Positions 27,664 through 57,881 of a stretch of DNA of 64,000 nt are shown one piece after another (position 1 is the stretch's first letter; each line of letters begins with the position of its first letter). A program made the translations under genes and the position numbers. This DNA is from the human T2T-CHM13v2.0 reference genome, Homo sapiens. Below the pieces are notes generated by a model. That model ran no database searches and was not told the DNA's origin. It saw nothing but the letters and a program-made list of their open reading frames with translations. The stretch lies in the NCBI RefSeq assembly GCF_009914755.1, contig NC_060941.1; one strand, written 5' to 3'.

Positions 27664-28151
27664 CATTCAAGAGTCAGGAGACACAGTGCTAAGCCCAACT
27701 TTGTCACTGACTCTGTGAACTTTGAGCCTCATTTCTTAATCTGTAAAGCCGAGCGTGGGTAAATGAGGTAATACGCGCCTGCTCCCTACCTACGTTTATG
27801 TTCTCCTCCAGACTTTAACATTCTGATGGAAGATCATCCTTCATATACTGTTCTCTCCCCATTGTAGCTAGATATAATGAGATTTGGTTTTTCCCACTCT
27901 TGTGGTTCTTGAAGATCTGGATTGCACCTTCCTCTCTGGCCATAATTTAAAAGATTTTTAAAACTTACTGATGGCTTCCTTGTCAGTGAGTCAGGTAATA
28001 TTCTAGGGCTTTGAATTTTATATATTCTATAATTTTAAAATCTTATTTTAGTTGCTGCCCTGCTATCCTGGTATTGGTTATTACATAGTGTAGTATTCTG
28101 CTCTAAGTCTGTGGTACTGGAACCTTACCAGTTTGCTCTCATCTCTTGCAG

Positions 28152-28257
28152 GAGAAATATTTGAACTAAAAGCTGAACTCAACAATGAAAAGAAAGAAAA
28201 GAGAAAGGAGGCTGTGAAGAAAGTGATTGCTGCTATGACCGTGGGGAAGGATGTTAG
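28152..28257 (+). CDS. AP2B1: AP2B1 exon 3 (106 nt)
   Basis: ctcttgcAG|GA GAA ATA TTT... [35 protein letters not shown]; donor GTAAGA. Confidence 0.97.
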
Positions 28258-28759
28258 GTAAGAGTAATCACCCTTGCCATTGATCACTTCAGAGGTCCAT
28301 ACCCCATCTTATGGCCTTTACTGCTTTTCCTTTAAAAGTATCATAATCATAGAACCTCTAAGAATGGGTTTGTCCCACTAAAAACATCATTAGGAAGTGC
28401 AGTTGCCTTTGTATTAATGCTCTACTTTTTGTTTGTTTGTTTGTTATGGGGTGTGTGTGTGTTTGTGTTAGAACAGTGAAACGAGTTTGATTTCATTGCA
28501 TTCAGATCTAGCATAACACCTCCTGAGAGCTGGCACAGTTACAAATCTTTTTGCTGAGGTCGTTTTAGAAGATGATAAAAATACACTGAGAAGCATAAGT
28601 TCACATGATCTTTAACTGGCTCAAGCCACTGCCCTCAACTTTACAACTGTACATTCAATTGCTGGATTCAAGATGAAAATCAATGTTAACCAAATCCATG
28701 TAGTCTTATTTTTTATTTCTGTAATTAAGACCATTTGGAAATAAGTAAGGACTATATGC

Positions 28760-30790
<2,031 letters not shown>

Positions 30791-30957
30791 TAACCAGACG
30801 GGGAGCCCAGATAGAAATGGCAGCGTAGGAAATGACTCTGTATCTTCTCTTGCTCCAGGTGCTGCTCTTCTGAGGTGAATTTTTGTTATTTTTCTTTTGT
30901 TTGTTAGCACATAAAGCACATTTGGTTTTTAAATTGCTGTCCTGTGACCATCTATCT

Positions 30958-31610
<653 letters not shown>

Positions 31611-31701
31611 TGTCTAGTCACTGAAGGGCTGTTTTTGCCAAAGAATAAATCTGGATTGAAAACATCAGTACAAACGAATTGGTAAAAATTGTCATAACTC
31701 T

Positions 31702-31927
<226 letters not shown>

Positions 31928-32381
31928 AAAAATTGTCATAACTCTACAGGGGCTGTTGTGGTTTTGCCAAGCTTATTTCTGTATCCTGCAGAAAAGTTAA
32001 AACTCTTGATTTTTTTTTATATGCTTGCTATTGCTGATACTTTATTATGTACTTAGCACTATACCACTTATCATTATTCAAACAAAAGGCTAGTGGATGT
32101 CTGTTTGCCTTCATGATTTTTACTGTCTAGTTGATGAAACCCAAAACTTGAAAAATTAGGGAAAAATAAAATATACTTATGTAATTAGGCACTGAAGTGT
32201 ATATTTTAAAGGCAATACGAGTTCTACCAAAGAGAGATACAGGTTAACAGGAATAGTTGAAGAACCCTTCTTGGAGATGAAATATGAGCTGTACTTAGAA
32301 AGATAGTGCAAAGAAATAAAATGGAGATTAGCTATTTGTAGATTGTGATATTTCAGCCTTTCCTGCAAGTAACCTCAAGTG

Positions 32382-32696
32382 CAGCACTGGCCAGTGGAAA
32401 TACAGTGTGAACCACATATGTAATTTTAAATTTTCTAATAGCCATTTTGAAAAAATGAAAAGGAACAGATGAATTAATTTTAGTAATACATTTTATTTGA
32501 CCCAGTATATCTAAAATATCCTTTCAGTATGTAATCAACATAAAAATTATTAATGAGATATTTTACATTATATTTTTCATGCTAAGTCTTCAAAATCCAG
32601 TGTGTGTTTCACATTTACATCACATCTCAGTTCACACTCGCCACATTGTGTTTAGTAGTCACATGTGACTAGTGGCCACCATATTGGAAAGTTCAG
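32382..32696. mobile_element. MER33 (hAT-Charlie)
   Basis: ccacatatgtaattttaaattttctaatagcca...gtcacatgtgactagtggccaccatattgga closely follows the MER33 consensus. Confidence 0.8.
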
Positions 32697-33730
32697 GTTT
32701 CTAGTTTATAGGTTGGCACTTAACACTTTTTACTTCTTGCTTGATCTTTGGCTATTAAGTCTTCTTGACCTTGTGTAGATTGCTAGAATTAAACTATTTA
32801 GGATCTTGAATTTATTATTGGTTAATGTTTAACATTTACTGGTTATCGTTGTTTTGTGCATGAGCTAGTCTAGGAAATAGAAAACACATTTTTGGAGAGT
32901 ATTTACTAAATATCTACAGGTGCATGAAACTACCGTAGGTACCATGCATACAAGTGAAACACATAGTTTGCTTTCCAGGACAGAAGTTACTGGTTCACTG
33001 GAGATATGGTGGATTCTTTGACCTGAGTCCAGCTTCCTTTCTGTGAATAATTTCTACTTCTGTACCCTTTTGTGTATATAGGACCATTGTATATACCCTG
33101 TGACCAGCTATTTCATTCCCTTTTTTCCCCTTATTTTCCTTGTGGAAATACACCTACATTTGTTTTTTCTTTCTTCTATGCTAGTAGCAAGATGTTTAGC
33201 AGTATTAAAAATGTATAAGGTACTTTGATAAAGCATTGTGGGGAAGATTTATTGCTAACTTCCCATAAAGTTACAGTTATCCTATATTGTAAAGATACAG
33301 CTTACACTTTAGAATCTGACAAGCTCAACCCTTCCAAGCTAATGGTGCTCCTTTAAATTTGTTTCCTGTGGCTTATAGGAGAATGGTAAATCATGAAATA
33401 ACTAGAACTTAGGAAAGGTATAAACTCCTTTTATATTTGATTACTCTCAAATTTTCATTTGTCTGAATATGTAATGTTAAAAAAATAATTTCACTAAAAG
33501 GGAATCAGGACATCTTGGAGGATGACTGATTCTAGGTCTGGAATTAGAAATGTACAAAATGAGCCTGGATGGGGCATCTTGTCATAAAGGAAAGTATGGA
33601 AAATACCAGGTCATATCACAAGGATTCAGGAGCTCAGTTCCCACTGGTCAAGACTGGAAGAATATGAACTTTAAAAAGCGTAACTGAAGTGCTTTGAAAC
33701 TGTAGTAGATGGATATGAAGAATTATTGTT

Positions 33731-34015
33731 CCTTTTGCCCTGTCGCACTCCTGAAAGCAAGATGATTCACCAGCAGCTCTACTGGAGCCACCCGCGAAAA
33801 GTCAGCCAGGGTTCTTGCTATTGTGTCTGCTGAAACTGGGCACAGTCTGATCTGGAAATTGAGCCTCGTTACATGCCACCAGTGTTTCCATCATACGTGA
33901 AGGATATAGATTTCATTAAGTTGGACTAAGTGATCTTCCACGAATGGATTATCTAAGGCACCCACCCAATGAGAGAAACCATGTTAGCTTTTTGTACATA
34001 AAATAAATATTTTAA
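33731..34015 (+). pseudogene. Full-length processed pseudogene of RPS29
   Basis: 5' TOP-like ccttttgccc; ATG 33762 [23 protein letters not shown] (premature TGA 33831-33833; parent [24 protein letters not shown]); ends ttcattaagttggacTAA (FIKLD*) 33927-33929; AATAAA 34002-34007; TSD AATTATTGTT at 33721-33730 and 34019-34028. Confidence 0.92.
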
Positions 34016-34029
34016 AATAATTATTGTTA

Positions 34030-37126
<3,097 letters not shown>

Positions 37127-38063
37127 TAATATTTTTTTAATAGTTGTTTTTTCTCTGTTTGGAACTTAGTGTACATTTAAAAAAAACAGACAGCATTTCT
37201 AAAATTAGCTTCTATTTAAAATGTTTTGAAAAATAAGCAATATGCTTTCTTCTTTCTCATGAACTTTTTGTTCTTTTCCTGTGTTTAGCTACATTATAGA
37301 GTCAGAACGTAACAGTTTGTTCTCCATGACTGGTGGTTCATAGAGGGAATATATCATTGGGAAGAATTTAGTTTACATTTTTTGGAAGTTAGAGTTGTGC
37401 ATAGATTTACATGGGCTTAAAGACATTTTTTTAGTGTAAGGCAGTTTAAAAGAGTGTTCTTTCTCCATATTCTATTTACTATATTTGGAAGCACTTGCTA
37501 GTAAAAGAGAATGTATGTTAGCCAAGAGCTCAGAGGGCCTTCTCTGCTGCTTAACTCCAGGTACTTATTTCAAGCCCAGACCAGCTCCTGTGCTCCCCTT
37601 TGTTTTCTTGGCTGCAGGCCACAGAAATCTAGCTCTCTTTTCTATTTGATGTTTAGGAACTCACTGTGGAGTAGGGCACGGTCTTTACAGCTCCTCTTTT
37701 TTTTTTTTTTTTTTTTCCTGTGCCGGAATACAAGCCCAAAAGCTTTTCCTGTTTTTAGGGTAGATCCTAATGGCTGTGGGATGGTACGAACTCCCTAAAC
37801 CTCTGCCTGGCACTAGAGTGAATCCTGCTGAGCTGTTTCTCATTTTGTATTTAAAACAGTTAAATGACTTCTTCACCTAAACTCTTAAATAGGGCAGCTA
37901 AGATTTGTACTTAGGAAAGGAATAGCATGGAAGATTGGAGCTCATGTAGAATGTATCTGGAAGCTTAAATTAATGAGGTAATTCTTTTGCAGCTTACATA
38001 AACTGGACTGTTTACTTTTAGCCACCATGTATACCTACAGTTGTTGGTGATTGTTTTCTGCAG

Positions 38064-38309
38064 GACTGTGAAGATCCTAATCCTTTGATTCGAGCCTTGG
38101 CAGTCAGAACCATGGGGTGCATCCGGGTAGACAAAATTACAGAATATCTCTGTGAGCCGCTCCGCAAGTGCTTGAAGGATGAGGATCCCTATGTTCGGAA
38201 AACAGCAGCAGTCTGCGTGGCAAAACTCCATGATATCAATGCCCAAATGGTGGAAGATCAGGGATTTCTGGATTCTCTACGGGATCTCATAGCAGATTCA
38301 AATCCAATG
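38064..38309 (+). CDS. AP2B1: AP2B1 exon 5 (246 nt)
   Basis: ttctgcAG|GAC TGT GAA GAT CCT... [57 protein letters not shown]...DSNPM; donor GTAATA. Confidence 0.97.
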
Positions 38310-39109
38310 GTAATAAGCTTCTGCTTTTACAAAGAGAGCAGTATTTAAAATGAGTCCCTTGTTAAAGCGTGTTTAATATGAACCTTGTCTTTGGAATACT
38401 GGGTTATGGGGTAGCTATGGGAAACATGACTTTGTGTGTCTCACAGATTGTATATTTCATATCCTAGGTGTTTTTGAGGTGAGAACCAAGTACTAAAATG
38501 CAGGGATCTTAAAGCAAATCTTTGTATTGTACTTATGCTCATATTTGCCCATATTGCCCATGATGAAAACTTTCATCATTTTCTTCAGGAGGTTTGGCCG
38601 TAAATTTATATATATTTAAGATTATTTTCTTCAGATCAATATTTGTGGTATTTTCTGGTGGTGTGGGACTAGAAACTGAATGAAAATGATCTTTATTACC
38701 TAATTATTATCATGCATTTCTCTATAGGGGAATTTCTAGGGCAAGATTATTTTTAGCCAACTTGGTTATGTTGTAAATGTTTAGCAGCCAGAACATAGCT
38801 TAACACCTTAAAGTTTTGGGACCTTTTCCTTATTGACATTTTAAACTTTGCTTATATAATGAAGAAGGTCAAGTCCCAAGTGATATGTTTGACTCCAGTA
38901 ATAACTAAAGCTCATTTGAATTGGGTACTAATTGAATATATTGGATGGGTCATTAAATATTGTTGCCAGGAAGATGGAGGAAAATAGCCACTTTCTTTAA
39001 AGTGCTACCTTTTTGGTCTAATGCAATGTTTACTGAAAGGTGCATAACACTAAGAGTTAATCAGTGGATAACCTTTGAATATTCCCTTTTAAAAATTATT
39101 TATCTATCT

Positions 39110-41020
<1,911 letters not shown>

Positions 41021-41385
41021 TCTAAAGTTAGTAGTATCTACTTTACAGAATGTTTAGCTGGCACCAACTTGTGTTTTTGGCATTGCTTTTGATTCACTGT
41101 TATTCTGAGCAACTATCTATAATTCTCTACCTGAGGACAGATGAGATGAAAAGTGTTTGTGCTGCAACCGTCAACCAGGTGGGCAGAATATCATGTACCC
41201 CGTGGAAACTTATTAAATATTCAGTGGTGCTAAGAATATGGAATGGCTCAAAGGGAAAATGAGTTCTAACTTACAGGCGACTCCAGTTTGAGGCAGCATC
41301 TCTATGCTAATGTAAATTCTTTAATGCAGAACCTATACAGTTAGATGGTCAGGGATAAGGCCTAAGGGATGTTTAGCAGTAAAGT

Positions 41386-41428
41386 CGTGTGTGTGTGTGT
41401 GTGCGCGCGCGCACGTGCGCACACACAC
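41386..41428. repeat. Alternating purine-pyrimidine tract (GT)n(GC)n-CACGTG-(AC)n
   Basis: 43 bp of uninterrupted RY alternation. Confidence 0.9.
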
Positions 41429-42124
41429 TCAAGTAGCACATTTAGAGATCTTTATCCAGATAAACCGAGAAGAATAAAATGATTCTGGAACAAGCTTAGT
41501 TTGTCCGATTTATTCAAAGTTTACATTGCAAAGGAGAGAGCTAGTTTTCATCTAGTCCATAAAATCAGGTGGCATACGTATGCTATTTATGTATTTGTGT
41601 TTTTTATTGTGGGAATCTTCAAACATTCAAAATTAGGACAAATAAATGAATACAATAAATAAAATGAATTCATTTATCATCACTAGATTCACTAGTCATC
41701 AATACATGCCAATCTTGTTTTACTTATTTTCTTTCCCCATCCCCTAGCTATATAAAATTTAAGCAGGCAGCACATGAATAGGTCTCTATTTGAATTTAGT
41801 ATATCATAATATTATAGTAAACTGTATAGTGTTCTTAATTTTTAACCTGTTTTTACTACAACAAATCAAAACGTGACTTGGGGAGATTTTCATAAATATT
41901 TTTGAGGAGACTTTTAGAGAAAATTTAAAGCTACTTGGTAGATTTTTGAGAAACAGTTTCAGGAATACCTCATATTTTGTTGTCTCTTTATTTATAGATT
42001 TTCCTAGAGCAGGGTGTCAGCATTAGATAGCAAATTATTGGACCAACTGCTCTCTGAATAGAAGATCTTTGCTGTTTTGTCAGAACTCAGTAGCAGAACT
42101 TTTCTGATATTGTTTGACTTAGCC

Positions 42125-42265
42125 TAAAGAGGTGCCTGGAGTGTAAAATTTAAGAAGACACTCATTCTCAGGTGCGAACTCTGTACCTCACAAGCCTGAG
42201 AACAGAGTGCCTCCTTAGTTTTGTGCCTGGAGTGCCTCACTTGCCTTACTCTTGTCCTGGCCTTG
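42125..42265. mobile_element. MER96-like palindromic hAT element
   Basis: aaaatttaag..cactcattctcagg...cctgagaacagagtgcctcctta...gcctcacttgccttactcttgtcctggccttg. Confidence 0.55.
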
Positions 42266-42799
42266 TTACACATACTCATATTAAAATCATTTTTTGAGCT
42301 CTTCATTCTTGTTTTAGTGAAGAACTGAAAAGCTTGGGCTTAAGAGGTAGCCAACACACATAGATACATACCTACTTTTTATTTTGAATTTATACTTTTC
42401 ATCTCAACTGTATTCCCTACTTATTACCTTAGAGTATTACAACTGTCATTAGAACACTTAAATTTAAGTGCCTTCTATGCCATGCACAGTGGTAGATGCT
42501 TTTACTTACAATGTTTCACTTAGTTCTCACATTTCTCCTTAAAGCAGAGGTTATTCCATGTTACAGGTCAAGAAATGTTTACTCAGACTGAAGAACTCTT
42601 CCTAAAATCATGCAGCTAGTAGTAATGTAGCTAGGATCCCAACCTAGTTCTGAGTCCCAGACTCCATTGCTGGTTACTACCTTCATGGATGAATGTATAC
42701 CAGAGAATTTAGGCCAGGTGTGGTGGCTCACGCCTGTCATCCCAGCAGTTTGGGAGGCTGAGGAGGGTGGATCACCTGAGGTCATTTAAATGTGTATGT

Positions 42800-42833
<34 letters not shown>

Positions 42834-44099
42834 CTGCTTCATTTTCTCAAAGTGTTTACGTTTGAATACATAAAGACTGAGTTATCTGAACACTGCTTCA
42901 TTATAGAAATCTCAAAAAAGAAAAAAAAAATGAAAGATACAAAAAAAAAAGAAATATCAATCCTCTTATTCCAGTGATGGATATGAGTCCTTATTTTACT
43001 GCTCTTGAGGAGTGATTTTGTTCCACTTTTTCAGAGGCTACTCCACATGGTGGCAGCACTGCACCAGCACATATTAGATTCTCTTAGAAAAGAAAAGAAT
43101 GAATGCTTCCAGGGGTTGTGCCTTAGTAGTTTTCTTGTAGCTCACTTCAGAAGGGCATCCTAGATTTGAAAGCACTAGAATATCTGCAGAAATGACTTTG
43201 AAATCTTCTAATATGAGAGATAAATGTTGGTCGAGGGCTGAAAATTCTTGGTGTTATATTGACCTCAAGTCTGGTTCCTAGTGACACTGTGCCTTGCTGC
43301 AGGTAACAAAGCTTTACCATAGTTTTGTTTCCTGTGTTTTGCAGAGAATCACATACATCTTACTTTCCTGCAGTTGTTTTACAATTTATAGTTTAGTTGA
43401 AGCTAACTTTTGATGAAATACTAGTTAAGAGAGAAAAGATGAATTTAGAAGTAAAAAAATCTCACTCTATTAAGTCCTAGCTTTATGTTCATGTTGTTTA
43501 ACTTACCCAAGTCTGTTTCCTTTCCTGGAAGATGAAGGCTACTATCTTAGAGAGTTGTTTGGATTATTAATTGAGCTTTTGCATGAAAAGTGCCCTGTAA
43601 AGTGCTTGGCTTATGGGAGCTCATAAGTGGTGGCTGCTACTGTAATTATGAAGTAGGTATTAGGCAGAGGTTAACATTATTGCTACAATATTAATTTAAA
43701 AGGTTCTGATTCCTTTAATATTTGTATGGACTATCTGTTCCAAGGGAATTAAACTTGTCGTCAGATGTGGACTTTATTAGTTCATTATTTTGAAGGTAAA
43801 CCTCCATCCAGAATAAGGAAACATTTTAGAGCTATAGGGAAATAGCTTTTGTGGTTTTTTTTACAAATGTCACAAGTATATATTTGCAAGAAAATGTGTA
43901 TCTTTTTGGTATATGACTTGTTTTATTGAGATATGCACTTTTGAATGAATGATAGTATTCTCTAGCTTCGTTACTATGGTTTTCTTTTTTGCTCTCAGAG
44001 GCATTTAGGGGTATTCAAACCTCAGTTAACTTACGTATATTAGAATTTGCAACTCCAGAGATGCTCTTGACAGCCCCACCATATGTGCTTTGCTTTTTG

Positions 44100-53440
<9,341 letters not shown>

Positions 53441-54319
53441 GTGTGCCTACTCAGAAAGAAGGATACATTTGAAATACTGTATTTCATTGAATCTTTAATG
53501 CCACTGATTATAAGATGTATTATTATTTTCTGTATTACTAAGAAAGAAAAATGCTTCCTATTGAACTGACAGGCCATTGATTATAAAATGCAACCCAGTT
53601 TCAAAGGTGTTAATGTGAAAAACTGTAGCTTACAGTTGATGAATTATGGTAATATAACCAGCCACCTTAAATTTACATAAGGCTTTGTAGAAAGCACTTA
53701 CACATATGTCATCTGATCTTATCCTTAAACTAAAACTAATCTGTGAGGTGGATTAAATTATCTCGTTTTCAGATGAAGAAACTGAACTTCACAGAGATTA
53801 CATATTCTCTCAGCATTGTATACTAGTGAACTAGGGTCTCAGGCCCACATATTCTCACTCTAAGACTTGTAGTATGATTAATGGTGTCACCTCCCCCAAA
53901 CCCATACATATACAGCTACACAACTATAAGATTATTTGGCCTAGATTTTTCTCTCTGTTGCCTAATGTACATATTTCATATTCAGACTTTGTCATTTTTC
54001 ATATGCTGTTCATATGTCTTGATTTTGAAAGTTTTGAGTGCTGTTAACATGGTTAATGTATGTTTTCCTATTAAATAACATGTGACTCTGCTAATATATG
54101 AATTGTTTTAATTCTGGGTTGCCTTACCACTATATATAATATCATTGGTGGTTTAATATATGTTTTGAAGTGATTTATTTGTTTCTATCTGACTAGGTAA
54201 AATGTTCAGGAATGGTTATGAATTGAGATCCGTGAAATGACCCAGAGAAGGCTGATGAAGTGTTTGTCTATAGCTGTGCTGTTCTTGGTGAATCAAGGTC
54301 ATACCCCCTTCTTTTCCAG

Positions 54320-54510
54320 GTGGTGGCTAATGCCGTAGCGGCATTATCTGAAATCAGTGAGTCTCACCCAAACAGCAACTTACTTGATCTGAACCCACAG
54401 AACATTAATAAGCTGCTGACAGCCCTGAATGAATGCACTGAATGGGGCCAGATTTTCATCCTGGACTGCCTGTCTAATTACAACCCTAAAGATGATCGGG
54501 AGGCTCAGAG
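54320..54510 (+). CDS. AP2B1: AP2B1 exon 6 (191 nt)
   Basis: cttttccAG|GTG GTG GCT AAT... [63 protein letters not shown]; donor GTCAGT. Confidence 0.97.
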
Positions 54511-55417
54511 GTCAGTCTGTTTTCCTGGCTACTTTCTGGTAGTCTTGCCTGATGCAGTAAGTTCTGGAGTCTGCTATTAGAATAAATCTGTTGAGGAAGG
54601 TCAGTGGCTTCTGGGGTAGATATTGCTATCTCCAGGGTATTTTCTCTCTGGATTTAGGAATATTTTAGGTGGTAGAATAAACTATGCAAAACTATTTCTA
54701 AGAAATGTATGTTTTTCATACAGTTACTTCTGCTAAAATCTCTTTTATCGTCTTACGTCTCCCATGCACAGTTCTTGGCCATTTGGCCAGCAAAGATTAT
54801 TGAGTATCTCTCTTTGGGGTGACAGATTTTTCATTCTATTAGATATATAGAAAGTGGCTTCATATTAGTTATTGAGCTGACCTGTATATATAATTCAGTA
54901 TGAGAGAGAGTATGTTAAAGTCAGCAGAATATATCCTCCTTTCCAGTAGATATGGAAACCATGTCAGTCTGAATTTGAAGATTTTAGAAGGCACACCTAG
55001 ATTGTTCTGCTCAGCCTGTTACCATGTAATGTTGCAAATTTTCTTTGGTTATTAGAAATTGACTACTAAATTTCATCTACACATACATACATTTTAGTTT
55101 ACAAAGTTGGAATTATCCCTAATTTTTATTGAGCATTTTGTATATGCAGGCACTGTACTAGGCAAAGTACTTCTGAAGAAATGTTGGCTCTTCATTAAAG
55201 TTGGTATATTTTAATTATGGTATTTAAGAACTGGTCTGGCTGAAGCTGATTTCCAAGCTACTAGAATGTAAGTGATCTTCACTTATCTGGGAAATTGTCC
55301 CTCTGGACTGAACTAAAGCTCACTCTGATAGTTTCTTTCCATCACTGAAAGTACAAATATAGTCTGGAAATAACTTTACTGAGAATTTTATTTTCTTCTG
55401 TTGGCCATTGACATCAC

Positions 55418-55780
55418 ATTCATTCATTCACTCACTTAGCAAATATTTATTAAGTGCATACTGTGTGCCAGGCAGTGTTCCAGGCTCTGAGGATACAGCA
55501 GTGAACAAAGTCATGGCCCTCTGGGATCACTTATTCTGAAGGATGGGGGTAGGAATATATATAATATGTATAGATAATATAATATATAATATGTATAGAT
55601 AGTGTAATATGTAATATGTGAGATGGTGATAAGTACTAACAAGAAAGTAAAGTAGAGAAGAAATCTAAGAAATGCTGGGCATTTGGGGGTGAGGGGTTGT
55701 ATTTTCTTTTTAAAGGATGGCCAGGGAAGACCTCACTGAGAAGGTGGCATTCATATAAAGACCCAAAGGAAGTCAGGAAT
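55418..55780 (-). mobile_element. L2 3' end with an internal AT-rich repeat (~55555-55620)
   Basis: attcattcattcactcacttagcaaatatttattaagtgcatactgtgtgccaggc...gatacagcagtgaacaaag. Confidence 0.75.
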
Positions 55781-56543
55781 AGGAGGAAGAGAGAAGTACA
55801 GCCTATTTATCTTCTTTCTTTAATACAGTAAGTTAGCTACTTGTGTTGCCCAAGCTACCAAAATTGGATTAATTTCTAAAGAACCCTCAACAGATAATTA
55901 AATATCAACCATTTTATGAGGCATGTAAGTGTAGGTGGCAGGGGCTAGGAGAGGGGGGAGACAGGAAAATATAGTAGTGGTGTCCTGCTATTTAAAAAAC
56001 AAACCCTTTTCAGAGAGTCCCTTATTCTCATTATCCTTAAGAGAGGAGGTTGGATTGTTTTCCCTACCAGCCTGCCTCCTGCTGTATCTTACAATGAAAT
56101 CTTCAGCCACAACTGCGTTTGCTGTCTCTTCCTATGAAATAACTCTCAGAATGCTTAATTTGACTTCCTATAGGTTGAGTAGAAATGGGCTGAGAGGCAG
56201 GGAGCCTTAACATAATATGGGGAGACAAAGAGGACTATAAAACAAGAAGGTAAATGGTGTGAGCTCAAGTGTCTTGGGTATTGCTAGGTTCTTTCCAGTT
56301 TGAACATCCCTTATTACTGGTTTCCTGAAGTCTTCTTATGTCCCTGCTCTGCCTGTAGTTTGCTGAGAATGAGGCTTCTGCATTGTTGGATCCCAATTTT
56401 ACCTAAGCATGGAGCTTTGACTTTTCTAACTAATTCTTTAATTTTTTGATACTTGGCCATTAGACTCTGACATATTACCTTATAGAATGAATTCAGCAAA
56501 TAAATTATAATTCATGATATTAATTTTCATTCTCCACCCTCAG

Positions 56544-56765
56544 CATCTGTGAGCGGGTAACTCCCCGGCTATCCCATGCCAACTCAGCAGTGGTGCTTTC
56601 AGCGGTAAAAGTCCTAATGAAGTTTCTAGAATTGTTACCTAAGGATTCTGACTACTACAATATGCTGCTGAAGAAGTTAGCCCCTCCACTTGTCACTTTG
56701 CTGTCTGGGGAGCCAGAAGTGCAGTATGTCGCCCTGAGGAACATCAACTTAATTGTCCAGAAAAG
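56544..56765 (+). CDS. AP2B1: AP2B1 exon 7 (222 nt)
   Basis: ccctcAG|C ATC TGT GAG CGG... [73 protein letters not shown]; donor GTTGGG. Confidence 0.96.
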
Positions 56766-57307
56766 GTTGGGAAATAGCGAAGTGTTGATTAAAGTGTTTG
56801 TAATTTTGCATTAAGCTTAATAATGTCAATGTTAATTAGGCTAGTGTTAATCTCTTTTTAATATATGGAAATGAAAATGTTATATGGCAGAAAAACTTGC
56901 TTGCCTAGCACCAGGAGGCTAACAGTTGATATTACAGTGTTTCTATAATAAATGCCATGCGTTGCTCCACAATCCAGTTTGTTTTCTGAAGGGTCTCTTT
57001 CTGATATACTGTCTAGTGCCTGGTTGATATGGTTCAGGCTGTAGTTTAGAGCCAGATTGTTGTTCTAGCAGTTCTTCATGGCAACATGTGCCCTGATGCT
57101 TAAAAAGGATAAAAATAATCTGCCAAGTGGAACTGATAAGAATAGAGGCGTATAGAGGAAGTTTATGCTTTTTTTTTTTTTTTTTTTTTTTTGCCTGAGT
57201 GGAGCGAGAGGAGAGCAGAGAGGCACAGATTAGGTATTAATACAGTCTCAGAAGGGTATATCAGTATATGCCTTCACCTTCCTTTCTTCTGTTTCTGTGT
57301 ACCCTAG

Positions 57308-57428
57308 GCCTGAAATCTTGAAGCAGGAAATCAAAGTCTTCTTTGTGAAGTACAATGATCCCATCTATGTTAAACTAGAGAAGTTGGACATCATGATTCG
57401 TTTGGCATCTCAAGCCAACATTGCTCAG
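57308..57428 (+). CDS. AP2B1: AP2B1 exon 8 (121 nt)
   Basis: accctAG|G CCT GAA ATC... [40 protein letters not shown]; donor GTCAGA. Confidence 0.96.
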
Positions 57429-57553
57429 GTCAGACTTTATGCAGACTCAAGTTGATGATGATTTAGCTCTTAAGGTCTGGCCTTTAAAGAAGCTAGGCTG
57501 TGAGATTGCTATTTGAGAATCCTTAATGATTAACCACTTCCTGGGTTTAACAG

Positions 57554-57649
57554 GTTCTGGCAGAACTGAAAGAATATGCTACAGAGGTGGATGTTGACTT
57601 TGTTCGAAAAGCTGTGCGGGCCATTGGACGGTGTGCCATCAAGGTGGAG
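57554..57649 (+). CDS. AP2B1: AP2B1 exon 9 (96 nt), ending at a GC donor; gene continues beyond the window
   Basis: taacAG|GTT CTG GCA GAA... [32 protein letters not shown] then GAG|GCAAGT; cumulative CDS 1155 nt = 385 codons. Confidence 0.94.
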
Positions 57650-57881
57650 GCAAGTGTCTGATGGTAGTTAGGATCATGTATTGGGGATTCTGAGAGTTCT
57701 CTTCACTTTTTTCTTTAAAATAATTTTTAAGTTTATCAAAATAATAAAGCACACAGTTTCAATGTTAAAGAATTTTTAATGGAAAGCAGCTGTCTCTGGT
57801 TCCTCCCTTCCCTACCTAGACTTTCTTCTCAGAGGGAATATTTTTAACTCTGATTTTGCTTTTAGTTATTCTTTTGATTAA

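Noticed and set aside
30841-30880. Possible 16-nt microexon (ctccAG|gtgctgctcttctgag|GTGAAT)
   Set aside because: Frame-shifting, between two transposon remnants, such motifs are common; no support from sequence alone
57455-57553. C-box-like ATGATGA in AP2B1 intron 8 (possible second snoRNA)
   Set aside because: No CTGA D box or terminal stem downstream within the intron
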